From NCBI GenBank assembly GCA_964016885.1, contig OZ024742.1, positions 225,990,001 through 226,054,000 on the forward strand: DNA of 64,000 nt, read 5' to 3'. The position numbers and the translations under genes were made by a program. Shown here one piece after another: positions 34,901 through 49,900 of this stretch. Below the pieces are notes generated by a model. That model was given only the letters and a program-made list of their open reading frames with translations, did no database searches and was not told where the DNA came from. This DNA is from Eledone cirrhosa. Taxonomy: Eukaryota. Within the stretch, counting starts at the first letter, position 1. Every line of letters starts with the position of its first letter.

Positions 34901-37900
34901 TACAGTGTGGACTGGGTGCTTTTTGTCATGACACCTACACAACCACTTTACAGTGTGGACTGGATGCCTTTTGTCGTGACACATACATGACCACTTTACA
35001 GTGTGGACTGGGTGCTTTTTGTCGTGACACCTACATTACCACTTTACAGTGTGGACTGGGTGCTTTTTGTTGTGACACCTACATGACCACTTTACAGTGT
35101 GGACTGGGTGCTTTTTGGCGTGACACCTACACAACCTCTTTACAGTGTGGACTGGGTGCTTTTTGTCATGGCACGTACACAACCACTTTACAGTGTTCAC
35201 TGGGTGCTTTTTGTTGTGACACCTACACAAGGACTTTATAGTGTGGACTGGGTGCTTTTTGTCGTGACACCTACACAACCATTTTACAGTGTGGACTGGG
35301 TGCTTTTTGTCGTGACACCTACACGACCACTTTACAGTGTGGACTGGGTGATTTTGTCGTGACACCTACATGACCACTTTACAGTGTGGACTGGGTACTT
35401 TTTGTCGTGACACCCACACAAACACTTTACAGTGTGGACTGGGTGCTTTTTGTCATGACACATACATGACCACTTTACAGTGTGGACTGGGGCTTTTTCT
35501 CATGACACATACATGACCACTTTACAGTGTGGGCTGGGTGCTTTTTGTCATGACGCATACATGATCACTATACAGTGTGGACTGGGTGCTTTTTGTCGTG
35601 ACATCTACATGACCACTTTACAGTGTGGACTGGGTGCTTTTTCTCGTGACACCTACATGAACACTTTACAGTGTGGACTGGGTGCTTTTTGTCATGACAC
35701 ATACATGACCACTTTACAGTGTGGACTGGGGCTTTTTCTCATGACACATACATGACCACATTACAGTATGGACCGGGTGCTTTTTGTCGTGACACATATA
35801 TGACCACTATACAGTGTGGACTGAGTGCTTTTTGTCGTGACACCTACATGACCACCTTACAGTGTGGACTGGATGCTTTTTGTCGTGACACCTACATGAC
35901 CACTTTACAGTGTGTACTGGGTACTTTTTGTCTTGACACCTACATGACCACTTTACAGTGTGTACTGGGTACTTTTTGTCATGACACCGACATGACCGCT
36001 TTACAGTGTGGACTGGGTGCTTTTTGTCATGACACCTACACAACCACTTTACAGTGTGGACTGGATGCCTTTTGTCGTGACACATACATGACCACTTTAC
36101 AGTGTGGACTGGGTGCTTTTTGTCGTGACACCTACATGACCACTTTACAGTGTGGACTAGGTGCTTTTTGTCATGACACCTACATGAGCACTTTACAGTG
36201 TGGACTGGGTCCTTTTTGTCGTGACACCTACATGACCACTTTACAGTGTGGACTGGGTACTTTTTGTCGTGACACCTACATGACCACTTTTCAGTGTGGA
36301 CTGGGTGCTTTTTGTCATGACACCTACATGACCACCTTACAGTGTGGACTAGATGCTTTTTGTCGTGACACCTACATGACCACTTTACAGTGTGGACTGG
36401 GTGCTTTTTGTCATGACACATACATGACCACTTTACAGTGTGGACTGGGGCTTTTTCTCATGACACATACATGACCACTTTACAGTGTGGACTGGGTGCT
36501 TTTTGTCATGACGCATACATGACCACTATACAGTGTGGACTGAGTGCTTTTTGTCGTGACACATACATGACCACTTTACAGTATGGACCGGGTGCTTTTT
36601 GTCGTGACACATATATGACCACTTTACAGTGTGGTCTGGGTGGTTTTTGTCGTGACACCTACAAGACCACTTTACAATGTGGACTGGGTGCTTTTTGTCA
36701 TGACACCTACACAACCACTTTACAGTGTGGACTGGGTGCTTTTTGTCGTGACACCTACATGACCACTTTACAGTTTGAACTGAGTGCTTTTTGTCGTGAC
36801 ACCTACATGACCACTTTACAGTGTGGACTGGGTGCTTTTTGTCGTGACACCTACACGACCACTTTACAGTGTGAACTGGGTGCTTTTTGTCGTGAAACCT
36901 ACACGACCACTTTACAGTGTGAACTGGGTGCTTTTTGTCGTGACACTTACACGACCACTTTACAGTGTGGACTGGGTGCTTTTTGTCGTGACACCTACAT
37001 GACCACTTTACAGTGTGGACTGGGTGCTTTTTATCGTGACACCTACACGACCACTTTACAGTGTGAACTGGGTGCTTTTTGTCGTGAAACCTACACGACC
37101 ACTTTACAGCGTGAACTGGGTGCTTTTTGTCGTGACACTTACACGACCACTTTACAGTGTGGACTGGGTTCTTTTTGTTGTGACACCTACACAAGGACTT
37201 TATAGTGTGGACTGGGTGCTTTTTGTCGTGACACCTACACAACCATTTTACAGTGTGGACTGGGTTCTTTTTTTCATGACACCTTCACAACCACTTTACA
37301 GTGTGGACTGGGTGCTTTTTGTCGTGACACCTACACAACCACTTTACAGTGTGGACTGGGTGATTTTGTCGTGACACCTACATGACCACTTCACAGTGTG
37401 AACTGGGTGCTCTTTGTCATGACACCTACATGACCACTTTACAGTGTGGACTGGGTACTTTTTGTCTTGACACCTACACAACCACTTTACAGTGTGGACT
37501 GGGTGCTTTTTGTCATGACGCATACATGACCACTATACAGTGTGGACTGGGTGCTTTTTCTCGTGACACCTACAAGACCACTTTACAATGTGGACTGGGT
37601 GCTTTTTGTCATGACACATACACAACCACTTTACAGTGTGGACTGGGTGCTTTTTGTCGTGACACCTACATGACCACTTTACAGTGTGGACTGGGTGCTT
37701 TTTGTCGTGACACCTACACGACCACTTTACAGTGTGAACTGGGTGCTTTTTGTCGTGAAACCTACACGACCACTTTACAGCGTGAACTGGGTGCTTTTTG
37801 TCGTGACACTTACACGACCACTTTACAGTGTGGACTGGGTGCTTTTTGTCGTGACACCTACATGACCACTTTACAGTGTGGACTGGGTGCTTTTTGTCGT

Positions 37901-40900
37901 GACACATACACGACCACTTTACAGTGTGGACTGGGTACTTTTTGTCGTGACACCTACATGACCACTTTTCAGTGTGGACTGGGTGCTTTTTGTCATGACA
38001 CATACATGACCACCTTACAGTGTGGACTGGATGCTTTTTGTCGTGACACCTACATGACCACTTTACAGTGTGAACTGGGTGCTTTTTGTCATGACACCTA
38101 CTTGACCACTTTACAGTGTGGACTGGGTACTTTTTGTCGTGACACCTACACAACCACTTTACAGTGTGGACTGGGTGCTTTTTGTCATGACGCATACATG
38201 ACCACTATACAGTGTGGACTGGGTGCTTTTTCTCGTGACACCTACATGACCACTTTACAGTGTGGACTGGGTGCTTTTTGTCATGACACATACATGACCA
38301 CTTTACAGTGTGGACTGGGTGCTTTTTGTCATGACGCATACATGACCACTATACAGTGTGGACTGAGTGCTTTTTGTCGTGACACCTACATGACCACTTT
38401 ACAGTATGGACCGGGTGCTTTTTGTCGTGACACATATATGACCACTTTACAGTGTGGTCTGGGTGGTTTTTGTCGTGACACCTACAAGACCACTTTACAA
38501 TGTGGACTGGGTGCTTTTTGTCATGACACATACACAACCACTTTACAGTGTGGACTGGGTGCTTTTTGTCGTGACACCTACATGACCACTTTACAGTTTG
38601 AACTGGGTGCTTTTTGTCGTGACACCTACATGACCACTTTACAGTGTGGACTGGGTGCTTTTTGTCGTGACACCTATACGACCATTTTACAGTGTGAACT
38701 GGGTGCTTTTTGTCGTGAAACCTACACGACCACTTTACAGCGTGAACTGGGTGCTTTTTGTCGTGACACTTACACGACCACTTTACAGTGTGGACTGGGT
38801 GCTTTTTGTCGTGACACCTACATGACCACTTTACAGTGTGGACTGGGTGCTTTTTGTCGTGACACATACACGACCACTTTACAGTGTGGACTGGGTACTT
38901 TTTGTCGTGACACCTACATGACCACTTTTCAGTGTGGACTGGGTGCTTTTTGTCATGACACCTACATGACCACCTTACAGTGTGGACTGGATGCTTTTTG
39001 TCGTGACACCTACATGACCACTTTACAGTGTGTACTGGGTACTTTTTGTCTTGACACCTACATGACCACTTTACAGTGTGTACTGGGTACTTTTTGTCAT
39101 GACACCGACATGACCGCTTTACAGTGTGGACTGGGTGCTTTTTGTCATGACACCTACACAACCACTTTACAGTGTGGACTGGATGCCTTTTGTCGTGACA
39201 CATACATGACCACTTTACAGTGTGGACTGGGTGCTTTTTGTCGTGACACCTACATTACCACTTTACAGTGTGGACTGGGTGCTTTTTGTTGTGACACCTA
39301 CATGACCACTTTACAGTGTGGACTGGGTGCTTTTTGGCGTGACACCTACACAACCACTTTACAGTGTGGACTGGGTGCTTTTTGTCATGGCACCTACACA
39401 ACCACTTTACAGTGTTCACTGGGTGCTTTTTGTTGTGACACCTACACAAGGACTTTATAGTGTGGACTGGGTGCTTTTTGTCGTGACACCTACACAACCA
39501 TTTTACAGTGTGGACTGGGTGCTTTTTGTCGTGACACCTACACGACCACTTTACAGTGTGGACTGGGTGATTTTGTCGTGACACCTACATGACCACTTCA
39601 CATTGTGAACTGGGTGCTTTTTGTCATGACACCTACATGACCACTTTACAGTGTGGACTGGGTACTTTTTGTCGTGACACCCACACAAACACTTTACAGT
39701 GTGGACTGGGTGCTTTTTGTCATGACACATACATGACCACTTTACAGTGTGGACTGGGGCTTTTTCTCATGACACATACATGACGACTTTACAGTGTGGG
39801 CCGGGTGCTTTTTGTCATGACGCATACATGATCACTATACAGTGTGGACTGGGTGCTCTTTGTCGTGACATCTACATGACCACTTTACAGTGTGGACTGG
39901 GTGCTTTTTGTCATGACACCTACATGACCACATTACAGTGTGGACTGGGTACTTTTTGTCTTGACACCTACACAACCACTTTACAGTGTGGACTGGGTGC
40001 TTTTTGTCATGACACATACATGACCACTTTACAGTGTGGACTGGGGCTTTTTCTCATGACACATACATGACCACTTTACAGTGTGGACTGGGTGCTTTTT
40101 GTCATGACGCATACATGACCACTATACAGTGTGGACTGAGTGCTTTTTGTCGTGACACATACATGACCACTTTACAGTATGGACCGGGTGCTTTTTGTCG
40201 TGACACATATATGACCACTTTACAGTGTGGTCTGGGTGGTTTTTGTCGTGACACCTACAAGACCACTTTACAATGTGAACTGGGTGCTTTTTGTCATGAC
40301 ACCTACACAACCACTTTACAGTGTGGACTGGGTGCTTTTTGTCGTAACACCTACATGACCACTTTACAGTTTGAACTGGGTGCTTTTTGTCGTGACACCT
40401 ACATGACCACTTTACAGTGTGGACTGGGTGCTTTTTATCGTGACACCTACACGACCACTTTACAGTGTGAACTGGGTGCTTTTTGTCGTGAAACCTACAC
40501 GACCACTTTACAGCGTGAACTGGGTGCTTTTTGTCGTGACACTTACACGACCACTTTACAGTGTGGACTGGGTTCTTTTTGTTGTGACACCTACACAAGG
40601 ACTTTATAGTGTGGACTGGGTGCTTTTTGTCGTGACACCTACACAACCATTTTACAGTGTGGACTGGGTTCTTTTTTTCATGACACCTTCACAACCACTT
40701 TACAGTGTGGACTGGGTGCTTTTTGTCGTGACACCTACACAACCACTTTACAGTGTGGACTGGGTGATTTTGTCGTGACACCTACATGACCACTTCACAG
40801 TGTGAACTGGGTGCTTTTTGTCATGACACCTACATGACCACTTTACAGTGTGGACTGGGTACTTTTTGTCTTGACACCTACACAACCACTTTACAGTGTG

Positions 40901-43900
40901 GACTGGGTGCTTTTTGTCATGACGCATACATGACCACTATACAGTGTGGACTGGGTGCTTTTTCTCGTGACACCTACAAGACCACTTTACAATGTGGACT
41001 GGGTGCTTTTTGTCATGACACATACACAACCACTTTACAGTGTGGACTGGGTGCTTTTTGTCGTGACACCTACATGACCACTTTACAGTGTGGACTGGGT
41101 GCTTTTTGTCGTGACACCTACACGACCACTTTACAGTGTGAACTGGGTGCTTTTTGTCGTGAAACCTACACGACCACTTTACAGCGTGAACTGGGTGCTT
41201 TTTGTCGTGACACTTACACGACCACTTTACAGTGTGGACTGGGTGCTTTTTGTCGTGACACCTACATGACCACTTTACAGTGTGGACTGGGTGCTTTTTG
41301 TCGTGACACATACACGACCACTTTACAGTGTGGACTGGGTACTTTTTGTCGTGACACCTACATGACCACTTTTCAGTGTGGACTGGGTGCTTTTTGTCAT
41401 GACACATACATGACCACCTTACAGTGTGGACTGGATGCTTTTTGTCGTGACACCTACATGACCACTTTACAGTGTGAACTGGGTGCTTTTTGTCATGACA
41501 CCTACTTGACCACTTTACAGTGTGGACTGGGTACTTTTTGTCGTGACACCTACACAACCACTTTACAGTGTGGACTGGGTGCTTTTTGTCATGACGCATA
41601 CATGACCACTATACAGTGTGGACTGGGTGCTTTTTCTCGTGACACCTACATGACCACTTTACAGTGTGGACTGGGTGCTTTTTGTCATGACACATACATG
41701 ACCACTTTACAGTGTGGACTGGGTGCTTTTTGTCATGACGCATACATGACCACTATACAGTGTGGACTGAGTGCTTTTTGTCGTGACACCTACATGACCA
41801 CTTTACAGTATGGACCGGGTGCTTTTTGTCGTGACACATATATGACCACTTTACAGTGTGGTCTGGGTGGTTTTTGTCGTGACACCTACAAGACCACTTT
41901 ACAATGTGGACTGGGTGCTTTTTGTCATGACACATACACAACCACTTTACAGTGTGGACTGGGTGCTTTTTGTCGTGACACCTACATGACCACTTTACAG
42001 TTTGAACTGGGTGCTTTTTGTCGTGACACCTACATGACCACTTTACAGTGTGGACTGGGTGCTTTTTGTCGTGACACCTATACGACCATTTTACAGTGTG
42101 AACTGGGTGCTTTTTGTCGTGAAACCTACACGACCACTTTACAGCGTGAACTGGGTGCTTTTTGTCGTGACACTTACACGACCACTTTACAGTGTGGACT
42201 GGGTGCTTTTTGTCGTGACACCTACATGACCACTTTACAGTGTGGACTGGGTGCTTTTTGTCGTGACACATACACGACCACTTTACAGTGTGGACTGGGT
42301 ACTTTTTGTCGTGACACCTACATGACCACTTTTCAGTGTGGACTGGGTGCTTTTTGTCATGACACCTACATGACCACCTTACAGTGTGGACTGGATGCTT
42401 TTTGTCGTGACACCTACATGACCACTTTACAGTGTGTACTGGGTACTTTTTGTCTTGACACCTACATGACCACTTTACAGTGTGTACTGGGTACTTTTTG
42501 TCATGACACCGACATGACCGCTTTACAGTGTGGACTGGGTGCTTTTTGTCATGACACCTACACAACCACTTTACAGTGTGGACTGGATGCCTTTTGTCGT
42601 GACACATACATGACCACTTTACAGTGTGGACTGGGTGCTTTTTGTCGTGACACCTACATTACCACTTTACAGTGTGGACTGGGTGCTTTTTGTTGTGACA
42701 CCTACATGACCACTTTACAGTGTGGACTGGGTGCTTTTTGGCGTGACACCTACACAACCACTTTACAGTGTGGACTGGGTGCTTTTTGTCATGGCACCTA
42801 CACAACCACTTTACAGTGTTCACTGGGTGCTTTTTGTTGTGACACCTACACAAGGACTTTATAGTGTGGACTGGGTGCTTTTTGTCGTGACACCTACACA
42901 ACCATTTTACAGTGTGGACTGGGTGCTTTTTGTCGTGACACCTACACGACCACTTTACAGTGTGGACTGGGTGATTTTGTCGTGACACCTACATGACCAC
43001 TTCACATTGTGAACTGGGTGCTTTTTGTCATGACACCTACATGACCACTTTACAGTGTGGACTGGGTACTTTTTGTCGTGACACCCACACAAACACTTTA
43101 CAGTGTGGACTGGGTGCTTTTTGTCATGACACATACATGACCACTTTACAGTGTGGACTGGGGCTTTTTCTCATGACACATACATGACGACTTTACAGTG
43201 TGGGCCGGGTGCTTTTTGTCATGACGCATACATGATCACTATACAGTGTGGACTGGGTGCTCTTTGTCGTGACATCTACATGACCACTTTACAGTGTGGA
43301 CTGGGTGCTTTTTGTCATGACACCTACATGACCACATTACAGTGTGGACTGGGTACTTTTTGTCTTGACACCTACACAACCACTTTACAGTGTGGACTGG
43401 GTGCTTTTTGTCATGACACATACATGACCACTTTACAGTGTGGACTGGGGCTTTTTCTCATGACACATACATGACCACTTTACAGTGTGGACTGGGTGCT
43501 TTTTGTCATGACGCATACATGACCACTATACAGTGTGGACTGAGTGCTTTTTGTCGTGACACATACATGACCACTTTACAGTATGGACCGGGTGCTTTTT
43601 GTCGTGACACATATATGACCACTTTACAGTGTGGTCTGGGTGGTTTTTGTCGTGACACCTACAAGACCACTTTACAATGTGGACTGGGTGCTTTTTGTCA
43701 TGACACATACACAACCACTTTACAGTGTGGACTGGGTGCTTTTTGTCGTGACACCTACATGACCACTTTACAGTTTGAACTGGGTGCTTTTTGTCGTGAC
43801 ACCTACATGACCACTTTACAGTGTGGACTGGGTGCTTTTTGTCGTGACACCTACACGACCACTTTACAGTGTGAACTGGGTGCTTTTTGTCGTGAAACCT

Positions 43901-46900
43901 ACACGACCACTTTACAGCGTGAACTGGGTGCTTTTTGTCGTGACACTTACACGACCACTTTACAGTGTGGACTGGGTGCTTTTTGTCGTGACACCTACAT
44001 GACCACTTTACAGTGTGGACTGGGTGCTTTTTGTCGTGACACATACACGACCACTTTACAGTGTGGACTGGGTACTTTTTGTCGTGACACCTACATGACC
44101 ACTTTTCAGTGTGGACTGGGTGCTTTTTGTCATGACACCTACATGACCACCTTACAGTGTGGACTGGATGCTTTTTGTCGTGACACCTACATGACCACTT
44201 TACAGTGTGTACTGGATACTTTTTGTCTTGACACCTACATGACCACTTTACAGTGTGTACTGGGTACTTTTTGTCATGACACCGACATGACCGCTTTACA
44301 GTGTGGACTGGGTGCTTTTTGTCATGACACCTACACAACCACTTTACAGTGTGGACTGGATGCCTTTTGTCGTGACACATACATGACCACTTTACAGTGT
44401 GGACTGGGTGCTTTTTGTCGTGACACCTACATTACCACTTTACAGTGTGGACTGGGTGCTTTTTGTTGTGACACCTACATGACCACTTTACAGTGTGGAC
44501 TGGGTGCTTTTTGGCGTGACACCTACACAACCTCTTTACAGTGTGGACTGGGTGCTTTTTGTCATGGCACGTACACAACCACTTTACAGTGTTCACTGGG
44601 TGCTTTTTGTTGTGACACCTACACAAGGACTTTATAGTGTGGACTGGGTGCTTTTTGTCGTGACACATACACAACCATTTTACAGTGTGGACTGGGTGCT
44701 TTTTGTCGTGACACCTACACGACCACTTTACAGTGTGGACTGGGTGATTTTGTCGTGACACCTACATGACCACTTTACAGTGTGGACTGGGTACTTTTTG
44801 TCGTGACACCCACACAAACACTTTACAGTGTGGACTGGGTGCTTTTTGTCATGACACATACATGACCACTTTACAGTGTGGACTGGGGCTTTTTCTCATG
44901 ACACATACATGACCACTTTACAGTGTGGGCTGGGTGCTTTTTGTCATGACGCATACATGATCACTATACAGTGTGGACTGGGTGCTTTTTGTCGTGACAT
45001 CTACATGACCACTTTACAGTGTGGACTGGGTGCTTTTTCTCGTGACACCTACATGAACACTTTACAGTGTGGACTGGGTGCTTTTTGTCATGACACATAC
45101 ATGACCACTTTACAGTGTGGACTGGGGCTTTTTCTCATGACACATACATGACCACATTACAGTATGGACCGGGTGCTTTTTGTCGTGACACATATATGAC
45201 CACTATACAGTGTGGACTGAGTGCTTTTTGTCGTGACACCTACATGACCACCTTACAGTGTGGACTGGATGCTTTTTGTCGTGACACCTACATGACCACT
45301 TTACAGTGTGTACTGGGTACTTTTTGTCTTGACACCTACATGACCACTTTACAGTGTGTACTGGGTACTTTTTGTCATGACACCGACATGACCGCTTTAC
45401 AGTGTGGACTGGGTGCTTTTTGTCATGACACCTACACAACCACTTTACAGTGTGGACTGGATGCCTTTTGTCGTGACACATACATGACCACTTTACAGTG
45501 TGGACTGGGTGCTTTTTGTCGTGACACCTACATGACCACTTTACAGTGTGGACTAGGTGCTTTTTGTCATGACACCTACATGAGCACTTTACAGTGTGGA
45601 CTGGGTCCTTTTTGTCGTGACACCTACATGACCACTTTACAGTGTGGACTGGGTACTTTTTGTCGTGACACCTACATGACCACTTTTCAGTGTGGACTGG
45701 GTGCTTTTTGTCATGACACCTACATGACCACCTTACAGTGTGGACTAGATGCTTTTTGTCGTGACACCTACATGACCACTTTACAGTGTGGACTGGGTGC
45801 TTTTTGTCATGACACATACATGACCACTTTACAGTGTGGACTGGGGCTTTTTCTCATGACACATACATGACCACTTTACAGTGTGGACTGGGTGCTTTTT
45901 GTCATGACGCATACATGACCACTATACAGTGTGGACTGAGTGCTTTTTGTCGTGACACATACATGACCACTTTACAGTATGGACCGGGTGCTTTTTGTCG
46001 TGACACATATATGACCACTTTACAGTGTGGTCTGGGTGGTTTTTGTCGTGACACCTACAAGACCACTTTACAATGTGGACTGGGTGCTTTTTGTCATGAC
46101 ACCTACACAACCACTTTACAGTGTGGACTGGGTGCTTTTTGTCGTGACACCTACATGACCACTTTACAGTTTGAACTGAGTGCTTTTTGTCGTGACACCT
46201 ACATGACCACTTTACAGTGTGGACTGGGTGCTTTTTGTCGTGACACCTACACGACCACTTTACAGTGTGAACTGGGTGCTTTTTGTCGTGAAACCTACAC
46301 GACCACTTTACAGTGTGGACTGGGTGCTTTTTGTCGTGACACCTACATGACCACTTTACAGTGTGGACTGGGTGCTTTTTATCGTGACACCTACACGACC
46401 ACTTTACAGTGTGAACTGGGTGCTTTTTGTCGTGAAACCTACACGACCACTTTACAGCGTGAACTGGGTGCTTTTTGTCGTGACACTTACACGACCACTT
46501 TACAGTGTGGACTGGGTTCTTTTTGTTGTGACACCTACACAAGGACTTTATAGTGTGGACTGGGTGCTTTTTGTCGTGACACCTACACAACCATTTTACA
46601 GTGTGGACTGGGTTCTTTTTTTCATGACACCTTCACAACCACTTTACAGTGTGGACTGGGTGCTTTTTGTCGTGACACCTACACAACCACTTTACAGTGT
46701 GGACTGGGTGATTTTGTCGTGACACCTACATGACCACTTCACAGTGTGAACTGGGTGCTCTTTGTCATGACACCTACATGACCACTTTACAGTGTGGACT
46801 GGGTACTTTTTGTCTTGACACCTACACAACCACTTTACAGTGTGGACTGGGTGCTTTTTGTCATGACGCATACATGACCACTATACAGTGTGGACTGGGT

Positions 46901-49900
46901 GCTTTTTCTCGTGACACCTACAAGACCACTTTACAATGTGGACTGGGTGCTTTTTGTCATGACACATACACAACCACTTTACAGTGTGGACTGGGTGCTT
47001 TTTGTCGTGACACCTACATGACCACTTTACAGTGTGGACTGGGTGCTTTTTGTCGTGACACCTACACGACCACTTTACAGTGTGAACTGGGTGCTTTTTG
47101 TCGTGAAACCTACACGACCACTTTACAGCGTGAACTGGGTGCTTTTTGTCGTGACACCTACACGACCACTTTACAATGTGGACTGGGTGCTTTTTGTCAT
47201 GACACATACACAACCACTTTACAGTGTGGACTGGGTGCTTTTTGTCGTGACACCTACATGACCACTTTACAGTTTGAACTGGGTGCTTTTTGTCGTGACA
47301 CCTACATGACCACTTTACAGTGTGGACTGGGTGCTTTTTGTCGTGACACCTATACGACCATTTTACAGTGTGAACTGGGTGCTTTTTGTCGTGAAACCTA
47401 CACGACCACTTTACAGCGTGAACTGGGTGCTTTTTGTCGTGACACTTACACGACCACTTTACAGTGTGGACTGGGTGCTTTTTGTCGTGACACCTACATG
47501 ACCACTTTACAGTGTGGACTGGGTGCTTTTTGTCGTGACACATACACGACCACTTTACAGTGTGGACTGGGTACTTTTTGTCGTGACACCTACATGACCA
47601 CTTTTCAGTGTGGACTGGGTGCTTTTTGTCATGACACCTACATGACCACCTTACAGTGTGGACTGGATGCTTTTTGTCGTGACACCTACATGACCACTTT
47701 ACAGTGTGTACTGGGTACTTTTTGTCTTGACACCTACATGACCACTTTACAGTGTGTACTGGGTACTTTTTGTCATGACACCGACATGACCGCTTTACAG
47801 TGTGGACTGGGTGCTTTTTGTCATGACACCTACACAACCACTTTACAGTGTGGACTGGATGCCTTTTGTCGTGACACATACATGACCACTTTACAGTGTG
47901 GACTGGGTGCTTTTTGTCGTGACACCTACATTACCACTTTACAGTGTGGACTGGGTGCTTTTTGTTGTGACACCTACATGACCACTTTACAGTGTGGACT
48001 GGGTGCTTTTTGGCGTGACACCTACACAACCACTTTACAGTGTGGACTGGGTGCTTTTTGTCATGGCACCTACACAACCACTTTACAGTGTTCACTGGGT
48101 GCTTTTTGTTGTGACACCTACACAAGGACTTTATAGTGTGGACTGGGTGCTTTTTGTCGTGACACCTACACAACCATTTTACAGTGTGGACTGGGTGCTT
48201 TTTGTCGTGACACCTACACGACCACTTTACAGTGTGGACTGGGTGATTTTGTCGTGACACCTACATGACCACTTCACATTGTGAACTGGGTGCTTTTTGT
48301 CATGACACCTACATGACCACTTTACAGTGTGGACTGGGTACTTTTTGTCGTGACACCCACACAAACACTTTACAGTGTGGACTGGGTGCTTTTTGTCATG
48401 ACACATACATGACCACTTTACAGTGTGGACTGGGGCTTTTTCTCATGACACATACATGACGACTTTACAGTGTGGGCCGGGTGCTTTTTGTCATGACGCA
48501 TACATGATCACTATACAGTGTGGACTGGGTGCTCTTTGTCGTGACATCTACATGACCACTTTACAGTGTGGACTGGGTGCTTTTTGTCATGACACCTACA
48601 TGACCACATTACAGTGTGGACTGGGTACTTTTTGTCTTGACACCTACACAACCACTTTACAGTGTGGACTGGGTGCTTTTTGTCATGACACATACATGAC
48701 CACTTTACAGTGTGGACTGGGGCTTTTTCTCATGACACATACATGACCACTTTACAGTGTGGACTGGGTGCTTTTTGTCATGACGCATACATGACCACTA
48801 TACAGTGTGGACTGAGTGCTTTTTGTCGTGACACATACATGACCACTTTACAGTATGGACCGGGTGCTTTTTGTCGTGACACATATATGACCACTTTACA
48901 GTGTGGTCTGGGTGGTTTTTGTCGTGACACCTACAAGACCACTTTACAATGTGGACTGGGTGCTTTTTGTCATGACACATACACAACCACTTTACAGTGT
49001 GGACTGGGTGCTTTTTGTCGTGACACCTACATGACCACTTTACAGTTTGAACTGGGTGCTTTTTGTCGTGACACCTACATGACCACTTTACAGTGTGGAC
49101 TGGGTGCTTTTTGTCGTGACACCTACACGACCACTTTACAGTGTGAACTGGGTGCTTTTTGTCGTGAAACCTACACGACCACTTTACAGCGTGAACTGGG
49201 TGCTTTTTGTCGTGACACTTACACGACCACTTTACAGTGTGGACTGGGTGCTTTTTGTCGTGACACCTACATGACCACTTTACAGTGTGGACTGGGTGCT
49301 TTTTGTCGTGACACATACACGACCACTTTACAGTGTGGACTGGGTACTTTTTGTCGTGACACCTACATGACCACTTTTCAGTGTGGACTGGGTGCTTTTT
49401 GTCATGACACCTACATGACCACCTTACAGTGTGGACTGGATGCTTTTTGTCGTGACACCTACATGACCACTTTACAGTGTGTACTGGATACTTTTTGTCT
49501 TGACACCTACATGACCACTTTACAGTGTGTACTGGGTACTTTTTGTCATGACACCGACATGACCGCTTTACAGTGTGGACTGGGTGCTTTTTGTCATGAC
49601 ACCTACACAACCACTTTACAGTGTGGACTGGATGCCTTTTGTCGTGACACATACATGACCACTTTACAGTGTGGACTGGGTGCTTTTTGTCGTGACACCT
49701 ACATTACCACTTTACAGTGTGGACTGGGTGCTTTTTGTTGTGACACCTACATGACCACTTTACAGTGTGGACTGGGTGCTTTTTGGCGTGACACCTACAC
49801 AACCTCTTTACAGTGTGGACTGGGTGCTTTTTGTCATGGCACGTACACAACCACTTTACAGTGTTCACTGGGTGCTTTTTGTTGTGACACCTACACAAGG